Position numbers and translations under genes: made by a program. From a phage, in sequence record OZ413489.1: a stretch of 64,000 nt of DNA; one strand, given 5' to 3'. Below the pieces are notes generated by a model. The model did no database searches. It was not told where the DNA came from and was given only the letters and a program-made list of their open reading frames with translations. Numbering within the stretch: position 1 is the first letter of the stretch; each line of letters begins with the position of its first letter. This document shows positions 9,934-18,593 of this stretch, piece by piece.

Positions 9934-10512
9934 ATGAAATGCAAACGTTGTGGAGAGGACAAGGAGGCCTCCGACTTCTACACCAGTAACAAATCAACGT
10001 GCAAAGAGTGTTGCAAGAAGGCCAGCAGGGAGGCTGACCAATTTGCTAAAGACTCTTCAGAAAAAGGTGTAATACGTGTGTTGTACAAGGCTCAAAAGTG
10101 CAACAGCAAGCAAAGAGGTCACCCTCCTCCGACTTACACCAAAAAAGAGTTTAAGGAGTGGCTATACCTTAACGGTTACAAAGAGTTGTATGATCAGTGG
10201 GTAGCCAGCGGATACGACAAAAGGAAAAAGCCTTCTTGTGACAGGATAGATGATTTCAAAGGGTACTCTTTTGATAATATCCGTTTAACGACTTGGGGAG
10301 AAAATAAAGACAAGCAGACAGAGGATATTCTGTTACATAGAAGCACCAGCGGTAGACGGTGCAAAAATGTAAGGAGGTTGGACATGAATGGTAACGTTCT
10401 TAAAGAATGGGTATCTCACAACTCTTGTAGCAGAGAAACCGGAATATATATTGGTTACTACATTCATGAAAAAATTCCAGCTCCAGATGGATACTTATAC
10501 GAATACTTTTAA
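9934..10512 (+). CDS. hypothetical Cys-rich protein (possible zinc-binding N-terminus)
   Basis: 192 aa; N-terminal CxxC...CxxC pattern. Confidence 0.45.
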   Translation: MKCKRCGEDKEASDFYTSNKSTCKECCKKASREADQFAKDSSEKGVIRVLYKAQKCNSKQRGHPPPTYTKKEFKEWLYLNGYKELYDQWVASGYDKRKKPSCDRIDDFKGYSFDNIRLTTWGENKDKQTEDILLHRSTSGRRCKNVRRLDMNGNVLKEWVSHNSCSRETGIYIGYYIHEKIPAPDGYLYEYF

Positions 10513-10528
10513 CACATAACTAACATAG

Positions 10529-10556
10529 CCCTGCCCGAAAGGGTGGGGCATTTTTG
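10529..10556 (+). terminator. putative rho-independent terminator
   Basis: GC hairpin CCCTGCCC-GAAA-GGGTGGGG followed by CATTTTTG. Confidence 0.45.
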
Positions 10557-10574
10557 TATAAGGAGATCTGAAAA

Positions 10575-10991
10575 ATGACATTAGAAGATATCATTGTTAA
10601 ACCTGAGAACTATGACCAATACAACCTGTCAACTCAATCTGTAGACCTTGGATGCGCCACAGTTAGTGCGTGGCTGGTTAATGGAAAAGAGCTGGACAAG
10701 TGCTTAGAAGCTCACATGTCTGTTAACAAGTTTCTGGATGAAAATACTCACTGGCTTGAGGGTGCTGGAGTATATGCTTCATGGTTGGAGAGCATGGGCT
10801 TTGACTATCAATCTGATGAAGGGTGGTGGAGCTATCTGGCTATCTGTCCAGAAACACTGCAATGCTTCATGAAATACTCTGAAGATCTTGAGTACCGAGC
10901 GGTGGTTGATAGTGCTATTGCCCGTTATAGCCGTAAACCTTTTTCCCATGACATTAAAACTGTGGAAGAATTTGTTGAAGTTTTCTGTTGA
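10575..10991 (+). CDS. hypothetical protein
   Basis: 138 aa ORF with AGGAGA RBS. Confidence 0.5.
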   Translation: MTLEDIIVKPENYDQYNLSTQSVDLGCATVSAWLVNGKELDKCLEAHMSVNKFLDENTHWLEGAGVYASWLESMGFDYQSDEGWWSYLAICPETLQCFMKYSEDLEYRAVVDSAIARYSRKPFSHDIKTVEEFVEVFC

Positions 10992-11016
10992 CACAGGTTG
11001 AAAGGTGTGCAATTAT
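10988..11016 (+). promoter_or_regulatory. sigma70-type promoter (TTGACA, extended -10 TGcAATTAT)
   Basis: -35 hexamer overlaps the stop of the upstream gene. Confidence 0.45.
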
Positions 11017-11087
11017 AACTTCATAAAACGGGAGGACGCGATGAACGAAGAAAACTGGGATGTATAACTAACAGGAGACCACTGCCC

Positions 11088-11285
11088 ATGATTTATCGAA
11101 TCCGTGTAAGAGAAGATGCACCAGGCTGTTACTTTGACTGGCGTGGGTGGTGGTTTCTCCACCCGATGGATGGACTCACAGATAGAATGCTGGATGCTGC
11201 CCTTTATACAGATACCGACATAGAATATAATCTTTATCTGAAGGACGGTATAGATAACGGCCTATTTGAAGCAATTCCTGTGTAA
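11088..11285 (+). CDS. hypothetical protein
   Basis: 65 aa ORF with AGGAGA RBS. Confidence 0.45.
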   Translation: MIYRIRVREDAPGCYFDWRGWWFLHPMDGLTDRMLDAALYTDTDIEYNLYLKDGIDNGLFEAIPV

Positions 11286-11353
11286 GAGACTGCGATAGCC
11301 ATGTTTTATGATCTTCCTGTAGCACCACCACCTATTGAACCCGGAGAACCAAG

Positions 11354-11773
11354 ATGATCTATGAAATGCCAAAATTGATCCGTGACGATGCCCAAAACCA
11401 CACCATTATTATGGGTAAACGCATGAATATCCTTTGCCGTAACGATTTCTGTGGTGGAGAATACGTTGCAGACTACTTCGGTGAGAATGGTAAACACCCT
11501 GTTCAGTTCTTCCTTGACCATGAGGATAACATTATCTGGGAGTTTGAAACTGAAGATATCCGCAACCTCTTCATCTTCCTCGGTGTCAAGGTTAAGGCCA
11601 ATTTCGCAGAAGGTGAGTGCGACGATTGTGGATTTTATGAGGTGACAGACTTTTATCTCCCGAGTGGCAAGAACCTTTACTATGAGAGTCACTTCGGAAA
11701 CACCAACATGCCTCAAAGCTGGGAAGAATTTTTCAGTATCGTAGAAGAGGAGCTGGCATACCGTGATTATTGA
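11354..11773 (+). CDS. hypothetical protein
   Basis: 139 aa ORF. Confidence 0.5.
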   Translation: MIYEMPKLIRDDAQNHTIIMGKRMNILCRNDFCGGEYVADYFGENGKHPVQFFLDHEDNIIWEFETEDIRNLFIFLGVKVKANFAEGECDDCGFYEVTDFYLPSGKNLYYESHFGNTNMPQSWEEFFSIVEEELAYRDY

Positions 11774-12221
11774 TACTGTAAAGGGAGATTTAATCTCCCT
11801 TTTTAAGAGCGGTGCTGGTCACCTGATCCACGGTTGTAACTGCTTCCACACAATGGGTAAAGGTATAGCAAAACAGATTGCCCGTGAGTTCCCTCAAGCA
11901 TTGGCAGCCGACAAAGAGACGAGACACGGTTGCCTAAGTAAACTGGGTGCGTTCTCCCGATGGGAGCACTTATCTCCGATAGGTATTGTCTACGGAATCA
12001 ATCTGTATACTCAGTTCTACCCAGGGCCTAATGCTGAATATTTCTCAATCCTGAAAGGCTTTGAGCTAGTCAATGAGGTATTCAAGGGATCGACTTTACC
12101 ATTCTACATCCCTAAGATCGGGTGCGGCATAGGCGGTTTGAAGTGGGAGCACGTAGAGGACGTTATTAACCTCGCCACTTTTGATATAGATATTATCGTG
12201 GTGGAGTACAAAGAGTGTTGA
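11763..12221 (+). CDS. putative macro-domain (ADP-ribose binding / processing) protein
   Basis: 152 aa; N-terminal GDLISLF...GAGHLIHGCNCFHTMGKGIAKQI resembles the macro-domain Gly-rich loop; from memory only. Confidence 0.4.
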   Translation: MIIDTVKGDLISLFKSGAGHLIHGCNCFHTMGKGIAKQIAREFPQALAADKETRHGCLSKLGAFSRWEHLSPIGIVYGINLYTQFYPGPNAEYFSILKGFELVNEVFKGSTLPFYIPKIGCGIGGLKWEHVEDVINLATFDIDIIVVEYKEC

Positions 12222-12246
12222 CAGCTGGCTTTTGAGATGGTATAGT
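12218..12246 (+). promoter_or_regulatory. sigma70-type promoter (TTGACA-17-TATAGT)
   Basis: Consensus hexamers, 17 bp spacer. Confidence 0.55.
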
Positions 12247-12274
12247 CACCACAACGATTGAGAGAGGGAGCACT

Positions 12275-12475
12275 ATGGAGACTAAAATCTTAATTCTGGC
12301 TGTGATAGATACGACCGAAGGGGCCGTGTTCGAATCTGCAGGAGGGTATTTCTACCTGCCCTACGGAAAAAGAACTTCCGAACCGAGTAAAGATTCAATC
12401 CTTAAAGTGTTCCCTTGTGCTTTCTGGCTGGAGATTCTGGTAGAAGATTGCAGAGGATTGGGGAGAGAATTATGA
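12275..12475 (+). CDS. hypothetical protein
   Basis: 66 aa ORF with GAGGGAG RBS. Confidence 0.45.
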   Translation: METKILILAVIDTTEGAVFESAGGYFYLPYGKRTSEPSKDSILKVFPCAFWLEILVEDCRGLGREL

Positions 12476-12666
12476 GAAACAAGAAAGAGCTTTACTCTGG
12501 CGAGTGGATCAACGATCAACAGGTCGGAGAGGTAACCTGCTTCCGATGTTTTACCAGGTACAATCTTAAAACTGCACCAAAAAGTGTTCCAAAGACTGAT
12601 GGTTATTATATAAAAGAACCTCATTGCCCAAAATGTAAATGCCGATTGTACTGGAGCAATCTGTAA
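12472..12666 (+). CDS. small zinc-ribbon protein
   Basis: Track ORF 12415-12666 trimmed to ATG overlapping upstream stop; CxxC...CxxC. Confidence 0.4.
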   Translation: MRNKKELYSGEWINDQQVGEVTCFRCFTRYNLKTAPKSVPKTDGYYIKEPHCPKCKCRLYWSNL

Positions 12667-12670
12667 GAGG

Positions 12671-12699
12671 TTGACATCTGAAAACTGCAGTGTATAATA
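12671..12699 (+). promoter_or_regulatory. sigma70-type promoter (TTGACA-TATAAT)
   Basis: Consensus hexamers. Confidence 0.55.
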
Positions 12700-12729
12700 T
12701 ACGCATAAACTAACAGAGAGCGATGTATT

Positions 12730-12921
12730 ATGGTAATTTTTAACCGGGATGGTATCATAGTTAGACAGCACCCGTTCCTTGAATACTATCAAATTGAGCA
12801 ATGGTGCTACGGGGATTGCAGTCACTCCTATGGGCAAAGTTGGGGATACCGTACAGTTTTTGAATCCACAGACCTTGACAAAGTAAGACAGAAAGTTTTA
12901 GAACTTATTAACAACAAGTGA
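12730..12921 (+). CDS. hypothetical protein
   Basis: 63 aa ORF. Confidence 0.4.
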   Translation: MVIFNRDGIIVRQHPFLEYYQIEQWCYGDCSHSYGQSWGYRTVFESTDLDKVRQKVLELINNK

Positions 12922-12928
12922 GTATGAT

Positions 12929-13261
12929 ATGGTAACATTAGAAAGACGTAAAGCTATTGCCGCCACACTGGCAGACATCTTTTGGGATTGTAATTTAAAA
13001 TCTACCCGAAATTGTGGCGCATCTGTAGATGTATTATTCCCACGGCCTACTATTGTTGCAATGGGCAACCTTCTTGATGTGGTATATGGAGCATGGGACA
13101 AGGAAGGTGGATTCTATATCTGGCAACCTGACTACGGGACTTGGAAAGAGGTTAGTGGTTCTACGGACTTCACTCCTGCAGTGGCTAAAATGGATGGCTG
13201 GAAAATCTATGTCGGTAACGACATGGAACTGAAAGGCGAAATTGTTTACTGGTTACCTTAA
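12929..13261 (+). CDS. hypothetical protein
   Basis: 110 aa ORF. Confidence 0.5.
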   Translation: MVTLERRKAIAATLADIFWDCNLKSTRNCGASVDVLFPRPTIVAMGNLLDVVYGAWDKEGGFYIWQPDYGTWKEVSGSTDFTPAVAKMDGWKIYVGNDMELKGEIVYWLP

Positions 13262-13282
13262 GAGAATGCAGGAGATAAAGTT

Positions 13283-13528
13283 ATGAACAAAGGGTGGACA
13301 TTTGTAGACGGCGTTAAAAACATGCCTCTAGGAAAGTATATTGTAGCCATGGCTGATGAGGATGGCAATGTGGATTTCGGAGCTTGCGAGGTTGTTCTTG
13401 CAGGATCTGGTAACTATGTGGACAAAACCGGGATAATTAACGGTCAGTTCTACTTTGATCACAACCCTGTTGTAGCGTATATGGCTATGCCAGAGTTTAA
13501 GTTCCCAAAGGATGGTGCTGATGTTTAA
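13283..13528 (+). CDS. hypothetical protein
   Basis: 81 aa ORF with AGGAGA RBS. Confidence 0.5.
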   Translation: MNKGWTFVDGVKNMPLGKYIVAMADEDGNVDFGACEVVLAGSGNYVDKTGIINGQFYFDHNPVVAYMAMPEFKFPKDGADV

Positions 13529-13718
13529 GCTTAAATCCGCATGGAGCATTGCTGTGGGTGATGAGATCCGTATCCCCGGTGGGAAGACCATTATGAAGAT
13601 ATCTCGTATTGAGTACGAAGGTGACCGTGTATTCCACATCTTCGCAGAAGATGGTCGAGAAATTTATATACAGGCAGGTTCTCACATTTATATCCGTAAG
13701 AAAGGGGACGACAAATGA
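13512..13718 (+). CDS. hypothetical protein
   Basis: 68 aa ORF overlapping neighbours. Confidence 0.45.
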   Translation: MVLMFKLKSAWSIAVGDEIRIPGGKTIMKISRIEYEGDRVFHIFAEDGREIYIQAGSHIYIRKKGDDK

Positions 13719-14044
13719 CAGAAATCATCATTTCAACTGCAGGGTATGTGTTCCTGACAATCATTGCACTGACTATTTTGGTGACAGTGTATGGGTTTGT
13801 TATCCTTCCTATCCTTGAGACATTTAGTTTGTGTCGGTGTTGGAGAAAAGCTTACGGTCCACAACCATGGAAGGACTGGCCCCACCTGGTGCGCTTAGCG
13901 TTCTCTTATGCTTACGATCACTCCAGTAGTGCATGCATAACCGGATACCACGCCCACAACTGGAGCTGGGAAGGGTTGAGGAAATGGAATGTTACAAAGA
14001 CCATACCTCTGCGCATGTACAAACCTAAAAACAAAGACAACTGA
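13715..14044 (+). CDS. hypothetical membrane protein
   Basis: 109 aa; N-terminal hydrophobic segment. Confidence 0.5.
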   Translation: MTEIIISTAGYVFLTIIALTILVTVYGFVILPILETFSLCRCWRKAYGPQPWKDWPHLVRLAFSYAYDHSSSACITGYHAHNWSWEGLRKWNVTKTIPLRMYKPKNKDN

Positions 14045-14079
14045 TACTTGAAAATTCTTGGCATATCAAGTATAAGGGG

Positions 14080-14540
14080 GATTTCTAAAATGGATTTCCT
14101 CCTTTTGATATTTCACCGGGCCGGATATTTTAAAATTCTTAGAAAATCAGAAAATGGATCGAAAACTAAAATGGATTTTTCAGAGTAGGCGCGACAAGCT
14201 GAATAACTCATCCTATCGTTTGCACCATATTCCAGGCCACCATTATAGATTTCCCACACATGCTAACCTCCCTCTACTAGAACTTCCTCCACTTACCCTT
14301 GACCTTCTATGGTAACAATCTAACCGCTATCTTGAAGTTGCTGTGCAGCTTTCCAGGTACTCGATCTACTTTTCATTTCAGGGCTTGGATTTTCTGAAAA
14401 TTTTTCTCGATAAATTTCTCAGTACTCGATCTGTTTTTCGTTTTCTGAATCGGATTTTCTGGAAATCGTTCCGGCTCTCGACCTGAAATTTTTGGGGACG
14501 AAATCGATTTTTCGTTTTCAGAAATGGATTTTTAAAATTT
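14080..14540. repeat. iteron-like direct repeats (AAAATGGAT x4; about 35 bp TCGATCT...GGATTTTCTG unit x3)
   Basis: AAAATGGAT at about 14087, 14151, 14168, 14522; longer units at about 14358, 14422, 14501; AT-rich, no ORF. Confidence 0.6.
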
Positions 14541-14646
14541 CTATATGGGAATATTTTATGGGATACTGTTTTATAGGAAATTGTTACGGAGGGTAATTAG
14601 CGTGCTAATTAAATTTATTAAATGCGAGGAGTTCTCATTTAGAATT

Positions 14647-14838
14647 TTGAATGATAATCATTCTCGTTTGCAGAATAACGGGCAGGCCCGGTGATTGTCT
14701 CCCGGCCCCTACTGCCCCGGCTTGTTATTATAGTATCACACAGGACAAAGAAAGCAAGGATTTTTTGCATAAATTTTTAAATGATAATGATAACCGTTCT
14801 CATTTTATGCAGCGCCCATCCCCGGTGGTTGTCTCCCC
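14647..14838. repeat. two tandem units: Fur-box-like AT core + TTCTCRTTT..GCAG + GC-rich tail
   Basis: Unit 1 14647-14703, unit 2 14779-14838; cores match the Fur consensus at about 15-16 of 19 positions by hand alignment. Confidence 0.5.
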
Positions 14839-15060
14839 CGTCACCGGTGCCTGCCGTCCTTTCGATAGGTATATCGTGCCACCTGGCGGGGCCGCTGTCA
14901 ACACTTTTCAAAAAATTTTTCTAACCTGATGCGCTAACCGCTGCAACCTGGCGGGGTCAGCCTGGCAGGACCTAACTGACCGGGTAGGAGAGAATGAAGG
15001 CTTGTAAACCTGGTGGGCCTATGCTACAGGATAGGTAACAATTGAAGAGGAGGTACAAAA

Positions 15061-15228
15061 ATGAAAGGTAATATGATCCCCCTAGAAAATGTAGCTATTA
15101 ATGACGCTGAGGCTATCGCCCTGGTTGAAAAGGCTATGGCGGGAGCGTTGGAACATAAAGAAGAGTACGAAAAATGGTGGTTAACCTGGCGGGGGCGGCA
15201 GGTGGATTCTATCATAAAAATAATTTAA
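15061..15228 (+). CDS. small hypothetical protein (55 aa)
   Basis: ATG ORF below track cutoff with strong RBS GAAGAGGAGG. Confidence 0.4.
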   Translation: MKGNMIPLENVAINDAEAIALVEKAMAGALEHKEEYEKWWLTWRGRQVDSIIKII

Positions 15229-15236
15229 AATAGTCG

Positions 15237-15266
15237 TTGACAACAAGGTTAATCATGGTATTATTA
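15237..15266 (+). promoter_or_regulatory. sigma70-type promoter (TTGACA, -10 TATTAT)
   Basis: Preceded by AATAGTCG as at 6641. Confidence 0.5.
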
Positions 15267-15314
15267 CCCTACAAGGTGAACAACACCGCACTAACCAGTA
15301 AAGAGGATAAATTT

Positions 15315-15512
15315 ATGAACGCATACGGGATCAAAGTACGTCGCAACACTCGCCAGGTGGTCACCAATCAAGTGATTTGCCGGGTGGATGTAACCATCAA
15401 CAACGGGCAAGGCCTTTATAAATTTCGTCGCGGTCATAGCTATACCCTGCAACAGCTTAATCGTTGCGCCCTGACAAAAGGTCAGATCAACCATTGGTTT
15501 AATAAAAAATAA
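15315..15512 (+). CDS. hypothetical protein
   Basis: Track ORF 15237-15512 (TTG = promoter -35) trimmed to ATG after AAGAGGA RBS. Confidence 0.45.
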   Translation: MNAYGIKVRRNTRQVVTNQVICRVDVTINNGQGLYKFRRGHSYTLQQLNRCALTKGQINHWFNKK

Positions 15513-15515
15513 GTA

Positions 15516-15544
15516 TTGACATACAGTCCGACACCAAATACACT
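15516..15544 (+). promoter_or_regulatory. sigma70-type promoter (TTGACA-17-TACACT)
   Basis: Upstream of the 15577 gene. Confidence 0.5.
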
Positions 15545-15576
15545 AAAAGCACAAAAGACACTAAGAGGATAAAATC

Positions 15577-15975
15577 ATGAAAACCACTACCTTTAATTTT
15601 GATAATGCAGACTTTTCTTTTTCTGATGTCAAGAACTGCCGCCGTGATCGTGGATTTTACAAGGCTTATAATCTGGTGGGCCTGGACGATGACAATAATT
15701 TGCACGAAGTAGCTGAGATCCGGTATTATGCCGCCGCCAGCGGTAACACTAACTACTGCGTTTTTTGGATACACGACAACAAGAACAATAAGTACGGTTA
15801 TACTGGTGGCAAGGCTAGCGGTCACGGTTATGATAAAGCCAACGCTGCACTTGAAAGCGCATTAAATGCCATGGGAATCACTGCCGACGGCTGGATCTAT
15901 GAAGAAGAGTTTTTGGCGGCACTTGCTGCCCACCTGGGCTATAAAAAGCACATTGTAACATGCGCCCACGAATAA
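15577..15975 (+). CDS. hypothetical protein
   Basis: 132 aa ORF with AAGAGGA RBS. Confidence 0.5.
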   Translation: MKTTTFNFDNADFSFSDVKNCRRDRGFYKAYNLVGLDDDNNLHEVAEIRYYAAASGNTNYCVFWIHDNKNNKYGYTGGKASGHGYDKANAALESALNAMGITADGWIYEEEFLAALAAHLGYKKHIVTCAHE

Positions 15976-15986
15976 AAAAAAAATTA

Positions 15987-16015
15987 TTGACACGCTGCAA
16001 AATTCAAGTAAACTA
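15987..16015 (+). promoter_or_regulatory. sigma70-type promoter (TTGACA, -10 TAAACT)
   Basis: Upstream of the 16063 gene. Confidence 0.5.
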
Positions 16016-16062
16016 GGCACAAAAGGCGGGAATGTTTCCCGCCAACACGAAGGAAAAAGATC

Positions 16063-16458
16063 ATGAATAAAAACGTACGCCGCATCATGAACGAACTGGC
16101 AAACGATGAAAAAATTATTGATATGCATTTGGTCAACATTTGCCGCCGTTGTGTAACATATAACAACCGCGCCGCAAAAGCGCGTGAGATGAACGCAAAA
16201 GGCACCTTAAAGCCCTTTCAGGTGGTTGTAAAATCTATGACCAGTGCAGCAGGCCAGGCGCATGACCACAACAACGGGAGCACTAATATTGATCCATCTT
16301 ACGTAATGAAACGGATCCGGACTTGCAAGAATAAAGAGCAGGTGTATAACGTCATAGATTGGCTGGACTCCCTGGGTGACGTGGTTTACAATAGGTTTTC
16401 TGCAGCTATTGAAATTCAGTTAGACAGGTTGGACGGGAAAGTACTGAAAACTTACTGA
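16063..16458 (+). CDS. hypothetical protein
   Basis: 131 aa ORF with AGGAAAAAGA RBS. Confidence 0.5.
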   Translation: MNKNVRRIMNELANDEKIIDMHLVNICRRCVTYNNRAAKAREMNAKGTLKPFQVVVKSMTSAAGQAHDHNNGSTNIDPSYVMKRIRTCKNKEQVYNVIDWLDSLGDVVYNRFSAAIEIQLDRLDGKVLKTY

Positions 16459-16460
16459 GT

Positions 16461-16506
16461 TTATTTTTAGATGGCCTTGACTCCAGGGCCATCAATAAAG
16501 TAAACT
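16461..16506 (+). repeat. conserved stem-loop element, copy A
   Basis: TTTTTAGATGGCCTTGACTCCAGGGCCATCAATAAAGTAAAC; 7 bp stem GATGGCC/GGCCATC; immediately 3' of stop codon. Confidence 0.6.
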
Positions 16507-16538
16507 AATCCCAGTTAAGCGAAAAAGGAGGCTTGAAG

Positions 16539-16658
16539 ATGAGCACTACACGCCAGCACACAAAGGTAACTATTATCGTTTGCATCATTGGTTATATCCT
16601 GGCGCAAATGTTGATGGGTAGCGCTAACGGTGTCGCAAAATTTTTCTTAAACTTTTAA
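16539..16658 (+). CDS. small hydrophobic peptide (39 aa)
   Basis: ATG ORF below cutoff with strong RBS AAAAAGGAGG; predicted single TM. Confidence 0.35.
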   Translation: MSTTRQHTKVTIIVCIIGYILAQMLMGSANGVAKFFLNF

Positions 16659-16687
16659 TTGACAAGCTAACTTAGATCAGTATACTA
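16659..16687 (+). promoter_or_regulatory. sigma70-type promoter (TTGACA, -10 TATACT)
   Basis: Upstream of the 16736 gene. Confidence 0.5.
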
Positions 16688-16735
16688 AACACATAAACGG
16701 GAAAACTTCCCAGAACACCAAAAGGAGAAAACATT

Positions 16736-17086
16736 ATGAATACTTCCATCACTATGACCGCCGAAGAAAAAGCCCTGCAGATCGCCGCTCTGAAAAAACA
16801 GATTGCAGAACTTGAAGACAAGATCGACAATTTTGAAATCGACGAAGACAAATACGACGATAAATATGATGAATGGTTGGACGAGATCTACGGCGAAATT
16901 ATGATCGGAAACATTTCTTTTCTTCCGTCGCGTATCCTCAAGGAGCTAGATCCTATCGCTTACCGCTGCGGATTTAGCGACTACATCGACAGCCTGGATA
17001 TTGAGGACGATGAAGAATACCAGGAATTGCAGACAGAGCTTGAAGAAGTGAAAGAAGAGCTTGCAGAACTGGAAGAAAACGAGTAA
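16736..17086 (+). CDS. hypothetical acidic coiled-coil protein
   Basis: 116 aa, Glu/Asp-rich, heptad-like; RBS AAAGGAGA. Confidence 0.5.
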   Translation: MNTSITMTAEEKALQIAALKKQIAELEDKIDNFEIDEDKYDDKYDEWLDEIYGEIMIGNISFLPSRILKELDPIAYRCGFSDYIDSLDIEDDEEYQELQTELEEVKEELAELEENE

Positions 17087-17097
17087 GATTATTTTTA

Positions 17098-17135
17098 GAT
17101 GGCCTTGACTCCAGGGCCATCAATAAAGTAAACTT
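17098..17135 (+). repeat. conserved stem-loop element, copy B
   Basis: Near-identical to copy A; immediately 3' of stop codon. Confidence 0.6.
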
Positions 17136-17175
17136 TATACTGTTAACACTGAACTAATGCATAGGAGTTAAAACC

Positions 17176-17421
17176 ATGGCAGCACTAATCACCAAATATT
17201 ATGCCCCTACCAACACCAAAAGCGCCCGTATCATGGTAAAAGGCTTCGGACGTAAAAAGGTTTACACTTGGGATTATTCCCTAGACATGGAAGACAACTA
17301 CACCAACGCGATGACCGATTTTATTAATGAACTAAATAAGCAGATCTTAACCAATTATAAGGTGACCGACATCGCCTATGTTGGGGAAGGTGGGATCTGT
17401 TTTGTCGGTATTGTCAAATAA
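17176..17421 (+). CDS. hypothetical protein
   Basis: 81 aa ORF with TAGGAG RBS. Confidence 0.5.
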   Translation: MAALITKYYAPTNTKSARIMVKGFGRKKVYTWDYSLDMEDNYTNAMTDFINELNKQILTNYKVTDIAYVGEGGICFVGIVK

Positions 17422-17431
17422 GCTGTTTTTT

Positions 17432-17470
17432 CGGTGGTCCTGGTGGCAGGGCCATCTATAAAGATAGTTT
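17432..17470 (+). repeat. conserved stem-loop element, degenerate copy D
   Basis: GGTGGTCCTGGTGGCAGGGCCATCTATAAAGATAG; shares the GGGCCATC...ATAAAG core. Confidence 0.4.
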
Positions 17471-17496
17471 ATTAACACCATGAAAGGAGAAAGTAC

Positions 17497-17850
17497 ATGA
17501 TCAGCGGGGCTAGTTTTATTATTGGCGCTATTGCTACAGCTTTAATTGTAAACAAGATCCAGGATAAAAAGGAAAGAGGAAGTACCGCCCTTGCAGAATA
17601 TCCATTTTGGACATTCAACGATAACGAAGATTATATTATAAAGTATAAAAATAAAGAAGGTGACCAAGTAACACCGCGACCGATCCCGGCTTACAAGATG
17701 CAGGAAACACTATACCGCTTGGAGGCAGGGGGCGCAAAAATTGTGGACTTTTGGGGATACGATCACACAGATCAGGAAGTTATAAAGCGCCGTATCCGGG
17801 CTATTCAGGCCAATATTGAAGTTAGCAAGGGGGGAATATATGAAGATTAA
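17497..17850 (+). CDS. hypothetical protein
   Basis: 117 aa ORF with AAAGGAGA RBS. Confidence 0.5.
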   Translation: MISGASFIIGAIATALIVNKIQDKKERGSTALAEYPFWTFNDNEDYIIKYKNKEGDQVTPRPIPAYKMQETLYRLEAGGAKIVDFWGYDHTDQEVIKRRIRAIQANIEVSKGGIYED

Positions 17851-18037
17851 TTTTGAGAAAATTGTAAAGCGATCTCATGATTCCGAAGAGCTGCCGGAAC
17901 GCCGCCAGCGTAACAATAAACTGAATAAGCCAAAAAGATTTGGGAAGATCTGGCGGAATCATTATGATCGTAAATTGCCGGGCCTCCTTTTGGAACGTGA
18001 ACGGCAGGCGGAACGATACCGCCACAAAGGCAACTAA
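17840..18037 (+). CDS. hypothetical basic protein
   Basis: Track ORF 17816-18037 trimmed to ATG after AAGGGGGGA RBS. Confidence 0.45.
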   Translation: MKINFEKIVKRSHDSEELPERRQRNNKLNKPKRFGKIWRNHYDRKLPGLLLERERQAERYRHKGN

Positions 18038-18045
18038 CAACCAAC

Positions 18046-18072
18046 GCCCCGCCATCGTGCGGGGCTTTTTAT
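18046..18072 (+). terminator. rho-independent terminator
   Basis: GCCCCGC-CATCGT-GCGGGGC followed by TTTTTATTT. Confidence 0.65.
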
Positions 18073-18195
18073 TTCTACCCTACGAATAGCGCCCCTGGTT
18101 GGCCCCACAACGCCCTAAAAGCCCCCTACCCATGCAATCCCATTTCTTAACCTGAAAACATCGTCAAAGGCTGTTTTAAAGCGTTAAAAATATTG

Positions 18196-18224
18196 TTGAC
18201 ATCTAAAATATTCTAGATATACTA
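18196..18224 (+). promoter_or_regulatory. sigma70-type promoter (TTGACA, -10 TATACT)
   Basis: Upstream of the 18259 gene. Confidence 0.55.
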
Positions 18225-18258
18225 ATCACATCAAAGCGAGAAGTAAGGAGTAAACGCC

Positions 18259-18519
18259 ATGCGTAAATTAAAAAATTTTGATAAAGTTGATATTGTCCTG
18301 AATAATTTTTACTACTGCAATAACAAGGCCGTTTGGTGGCGTGATAGTTCCACCGATAAAGTCAAGGCGCGCTTTCTCCAGGGGCACTGGCAAGGCCGCC
18401 CAGTGATTAAAATCATGGGGCAATTGGTAGCGTTTAAAAATTGCCGCCGTGTTGATGACGTTGAAGAGATTTTAAACATTTTGCGCCACAATAATTTAAA
18501 AAATAGTGTTGACAAGTAA
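18259..18519 (+). CDS. hypothetical protein
   Basis: 86 aa ORF with TAAGGAG RBS. Confidence 0.5.
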   Translation: MRKLKNFDKVDIVLNNFYYCNNKAVWWRDSSTDKVKARFLQGHWQGRPVIKIMGQLVAFKNCRRVDDVEEILNILRHNNLKNSVDK

Positions 18520-18537
18520 ATCTCAATAAGTATAATT
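18509..18537 (+). promoter_or_regulatory. sigma70-type promoter (TTGACA, -10 TATAAT)
   Basis: Consensus hexamers; -35 overlaps upstream stop. Confidence 0.55.
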
Positions 18538-18593
18538 AAAAACACAGGCGGGAAAACTTCCCGCCACTAACAAAGAAAACAGGAGAAAATATC

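Noticed and set aside
9934-10512. HNH homing endonuclease call for the Cys-rich 192 aa protein
   Set aside because: Only an N-terminal Cys pattern was seen; no HNH catalytic His-Asn-His signature could be identified by eye.
14651-14929. Track ORF of 92 aa spanning the Fur-like units
   Set aside because: The start codon lies inside the repeat core, the translation is low-complexity (Pro/Gly-rich from the GC tail), and there is no RBS.
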